From: the human T2T-CHM13v2.0 reference genome, Homo sapiens
Direction: 5' to 3' (one strand)
DNA length: 64,000 nucleotides
NCBI RefSeq assembly: GCF_009914755.1
Contig: NC_060945.1
Below the pieces are notes generated by a model. The model saw only the letters and a program-made list of their open reading frames with translations, had not been told where the DNA came from and did no database searches. Shown here piece after piece: positions 60,816 through 64,000 of the stretch. Position 1 is the stretch's first letter. Each line of letters begins with the position of its first letter. A program made the translations under genes and the position numbers.

Positions 60816-61519
60816 CTGAAATCTTGTAAGGGTGAAAAAATGTTGCACAGCAAATGTTAATATTTGTTACCTGATTGGGTTGAGGTGGAGAGAGGAGGAG
60901 AAAGGGAAAAAAACAAAAACAAAACCAAAAAACAAAAAAAAGAAAGGGGTTTAGAAAATCAACACATATAACATAACCTCACTTATGTAAAATATAACTG
61001 TTAAAATGGCAATGGTAGCTATCTAAGCAGTGGGAAGCCAGTTTTCTCTTTGTCTATTATACTTTTCTGGGTTGTTTGATTCTTTTTATTTTCTTAAAAA
61101 ATCTAAAATTATGTTAAAAGGCAATAAAGAAACAAAATTAAGTAAATTATGAAACCTGACAAGATTTGTGTAGCACAATACAGCGAACAGCTTGTCAGGT
61201 ACACAGTGGAACTAAGTTAAAAGTCAAAATTCTCTTGTCTCCTTTTCTTCTGATCTTTCAGGTCCTGCCTAGTTGAAACCTAGCAGCACCTTTAGTGAGG
61301 GGTGTGAACCCACTTTCCATCACAGTTGTGGGTCCACAGGCCCATTCTTCCCATATCACTTGTCACTTCTCCCTCATGTCATCCATATCCTCCTGAGAGT
61401 TCATAAGCAGCCTTGAAGGTGTGTTTCATTCTGCAGCCCCCACTATAGTGGACATGTGTTGGATAAGAGGCCATTTTGACCTTTTCTCATTGTTAAAATC
61501 TCTAAACAAAGTAACATGC

Positions 61520-62117
61520 TTATATTAGCCAGGGTTCTTAAGAGAAAACAGAGCAAATTGGATACATATATTATATTATAGACTACATATAGACATATAG
61601 ACTATATGTATACATACACACACACACACACACACACACACCCACCCCTATACATATATGTGTGTGGAGAGAGAGAGCAATTTACTGTACGGTACTGGTT
61701 CACATGGCGATGGAGGCTGAGAAGTCCCATACCTTGCCATCGGCCAGCTGGAGACCTGGGAAAGTCAATGGTGTAGTTCAAAGGCCTGAGAGCTGCAGAG
61801 CCAGTGGTATATATTCCAGTCTGGATCTGAAGGCCTGATAACCAGAAACTCTTGGGGCAGAAAACATGCCCCAGCTCAAGGGATCAGGTAGAGAATAAAT
61901 TCAACCTTCCTTCTTCTTTTTGTTCTACTCAGGCTCTCAACAGATTGGATGAGGCCCACCCACAATGGAGAGGGCCATCTACTTCACTCAGTCCACCAAT
62001 GCGAATGTAAGTCTCTTGCAGAAACACCCTCACAGACACATCCAGAAATAATATTTCACCAGCTATCTGGGCACCCCATGGCCCAGTCAAGTTGACAAAT
62101 ACAATTAACCATCACAG
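61520..62117 (-). mobile_element. MLT2 (ERVL) solo LTR with internal (TA)/(CA) repeats
   Basis: tattagccagggttct...ggaggctgagaagtccca...gaaacaccctcacagacacatccagaaataat...cagtcaagttgaca...aattaaccatcaca. Confidence 0.88.
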
Positions 62118-63616
62118 TACCCCATCAGGTTCACTTCCTCATTCTCCTCCAGAAGGCCGGGCCATGGGGTAGGGAGAAGTCAGAAACAAAACTCCATGGA
62201 AACAGCAGTTGAGAGTAAAGGAAGTGACACGGGAGATGGAACCTGTTTTCTGCACTTACACAGAGCAAGTCCTTGCAGAAGTGAACGTTTTTTGGGAATG
62301 GGAGGGATGGTAAGTGGTTTACAGAAAAAAGGGCATAGCATATTTATGGAGATCTGTGGTTGGAGAGTAAGGAAAGGGCCAGATTCAAGTCCACTTGACT
62401 GCCTTGCTCATGGTTTCTATCCTTTGCCTTGCAGAGGCATGGCATGTGCCAGGGTGGCTGAGGGCAGTGCCCTCTCAGCTGAGGAAGGCCCACTGAGAGC
62501 AACTAGAAGCAGCACCCGCAGTCCAGACCATAGCTAATGCCATCTGTTTGCCAATGCCTATATGATTTCATCACATCTTAAGAAAAGTTTTGAAAAGCAA
62601 CTCTCAATATTTCTAAGGTATTTTAACTTTTTCATGACTATTTCTCTAGGAATAGTAATGGATATTCCTCCAAGGATGGCTGAGGAGCAACTGAAAACTA
62701 AATAACATGTGACTGTGAGAGATATTAATGGCCTTTGTTATTTAAGACAAATTTAATCTCTTCAGTCTTTGGCAGATCCTTTCCAAAGCAAGTGAAAGAC
62801 TCAGAATGTGATCCACAACCAGGACATCTACCTATTCATTGAACAAAGATTTATTCAGCCCCTGCTACTGGCTAGCACTGTGAACACACAGTATATATCA
62901 GTGGACAAAACAGACAGCAACTGTTTCTCACATGGTGCTTACAGTCAACATTATGCTCACTGTATGAAAATTATACTCACTCTTGTTTGTTTCTGAGAGC
63001 ATTTCAAGGACAAAAACTTATTAAATCCTAAATGACTTGCATCCTGGTGTTGTCTCTGAGATTTCTCTTCTCATGCAATTTACTATCATTGAAAATACCA
63101 GCCACACATGCATATGCAAAAATATAACTGGATGAATGGTCAGTTCTGTGATTACACCATAGCAACTGGATGGGAAAAACCCAAATATCCACCATCAGGG
63201 AACAATTAAATAATAATTCATCTAGATTATGGAATATTATGCAGCTATTAAAATGACTAGGCAGCTTTAGGGCTCATATAACAGATCTCCACATGTTTTG
63301 AAGCTGAAAGAGTAATGAAATAAAATTAGTGGATACTGTATGTTCCCACTCCCATAAAGAAATGTGTATTCATTTCTCTGTTTATACATGCATAGAAAGC
63401 TCTTGGAGAGATCTATAACAAGCTGTTATCCATAGTTGCATCTCAAAAAACAGACTGGGGTAGGACAGAGAAGGGATATATAATTTCATGAAATAGCCTT
63501 CTTTATTAAATAGATGTGTTCTTACTAATTTTGTTTTATTTTACTATGCACAAGTCTACTTTTTAATTATAAAAAGATACCAATGAACTTTAAGGGGTTA
63601 TTATATATGGTTTCTA

Positions 63617-63827
63617 CAACTGTCAAATACGTCAGTTGCTAGCTATGTGACTATTTCAATTTAAAGGTAAATTAATTAAAATAAACTTTAAAAAAAATGA
63701 GATCCTCAGTTGCACTCACCATATTTCAAGTGCTCAGTAGCCACAATGGTGAGTGGCTGGCATATTAAACAGTGCTGACATATAGAACATTTCCATTATT
63801 GCAGACAGTTATATTGGACAGTGCTGG
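63617..63827 (-). mobile_element. MER3 DNA transposon
   Basis: cctcagttgcact...atttcaagtgctcagtagccaca...tagaacatttccattattgcag...tattggacagtgctg. Confidence 0.82.
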
Positions 63828-64000
63828 ATACTCTATGAACCTACAGCCAGTGAATTTTTCATGAGATATCTAAGCCTTTGTTCTTCACTCTACAGTTGAC
63901 TCAAAAAGAAATTACCCAGTAGAGCTGTGCGGTAAAGAATAAGAAGGAAGTTTCCTCAAAATTAACACATATCTCCCTTTCTATCTCCACTCGTTAACCA

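Overview
Human genomic DNA (a human-specific AluYb-lineage element is present) covering the 5' end of DSCAM, which lies on the minus strand (chr21q22 by established knowledge). The only protein-coding sequence I can support is DSCAM coding exon 1 (51098->51056; 43 nt, MWILALSLFQSFAN+1 nt, then GTGAG donor). It sits in a CpG island with a GC-rich 5' leader. Positions 1-51055 are inferred to be part of the very long intron 1 (no exon 2 seen), and ~51.6-64 kb is upstream intergenic DNA. The rest is mostly transposon fossils: Alus, L1 3' ends (two with twin-priming inversions), L2, MIR, MaLR/ERVL LTRs including a complete LTR-int-LTR MST provirus, and hAT DNA transposons. There are also microsatellites and a second intronic CpG-rich element at ~46 kb. 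Nearly all ORFs in the supplied track are repeat- or GC-derived noise. I see no new protein-coding system. The best leads are regulatory: (1) stacked uORFs plus an in-frame GUG extension and a CGG tract in the DSCAM leader; (2) the intronic CCAAT/CpG element; (3) candidate recursive splice sites; (4) a POU-motif cluster next to a young AluYb insertion; (5) an unexplained ~120-135 bp local duplication. Repeat subfamily names come from recalled consensus sequences, and their boundaries are approximate.
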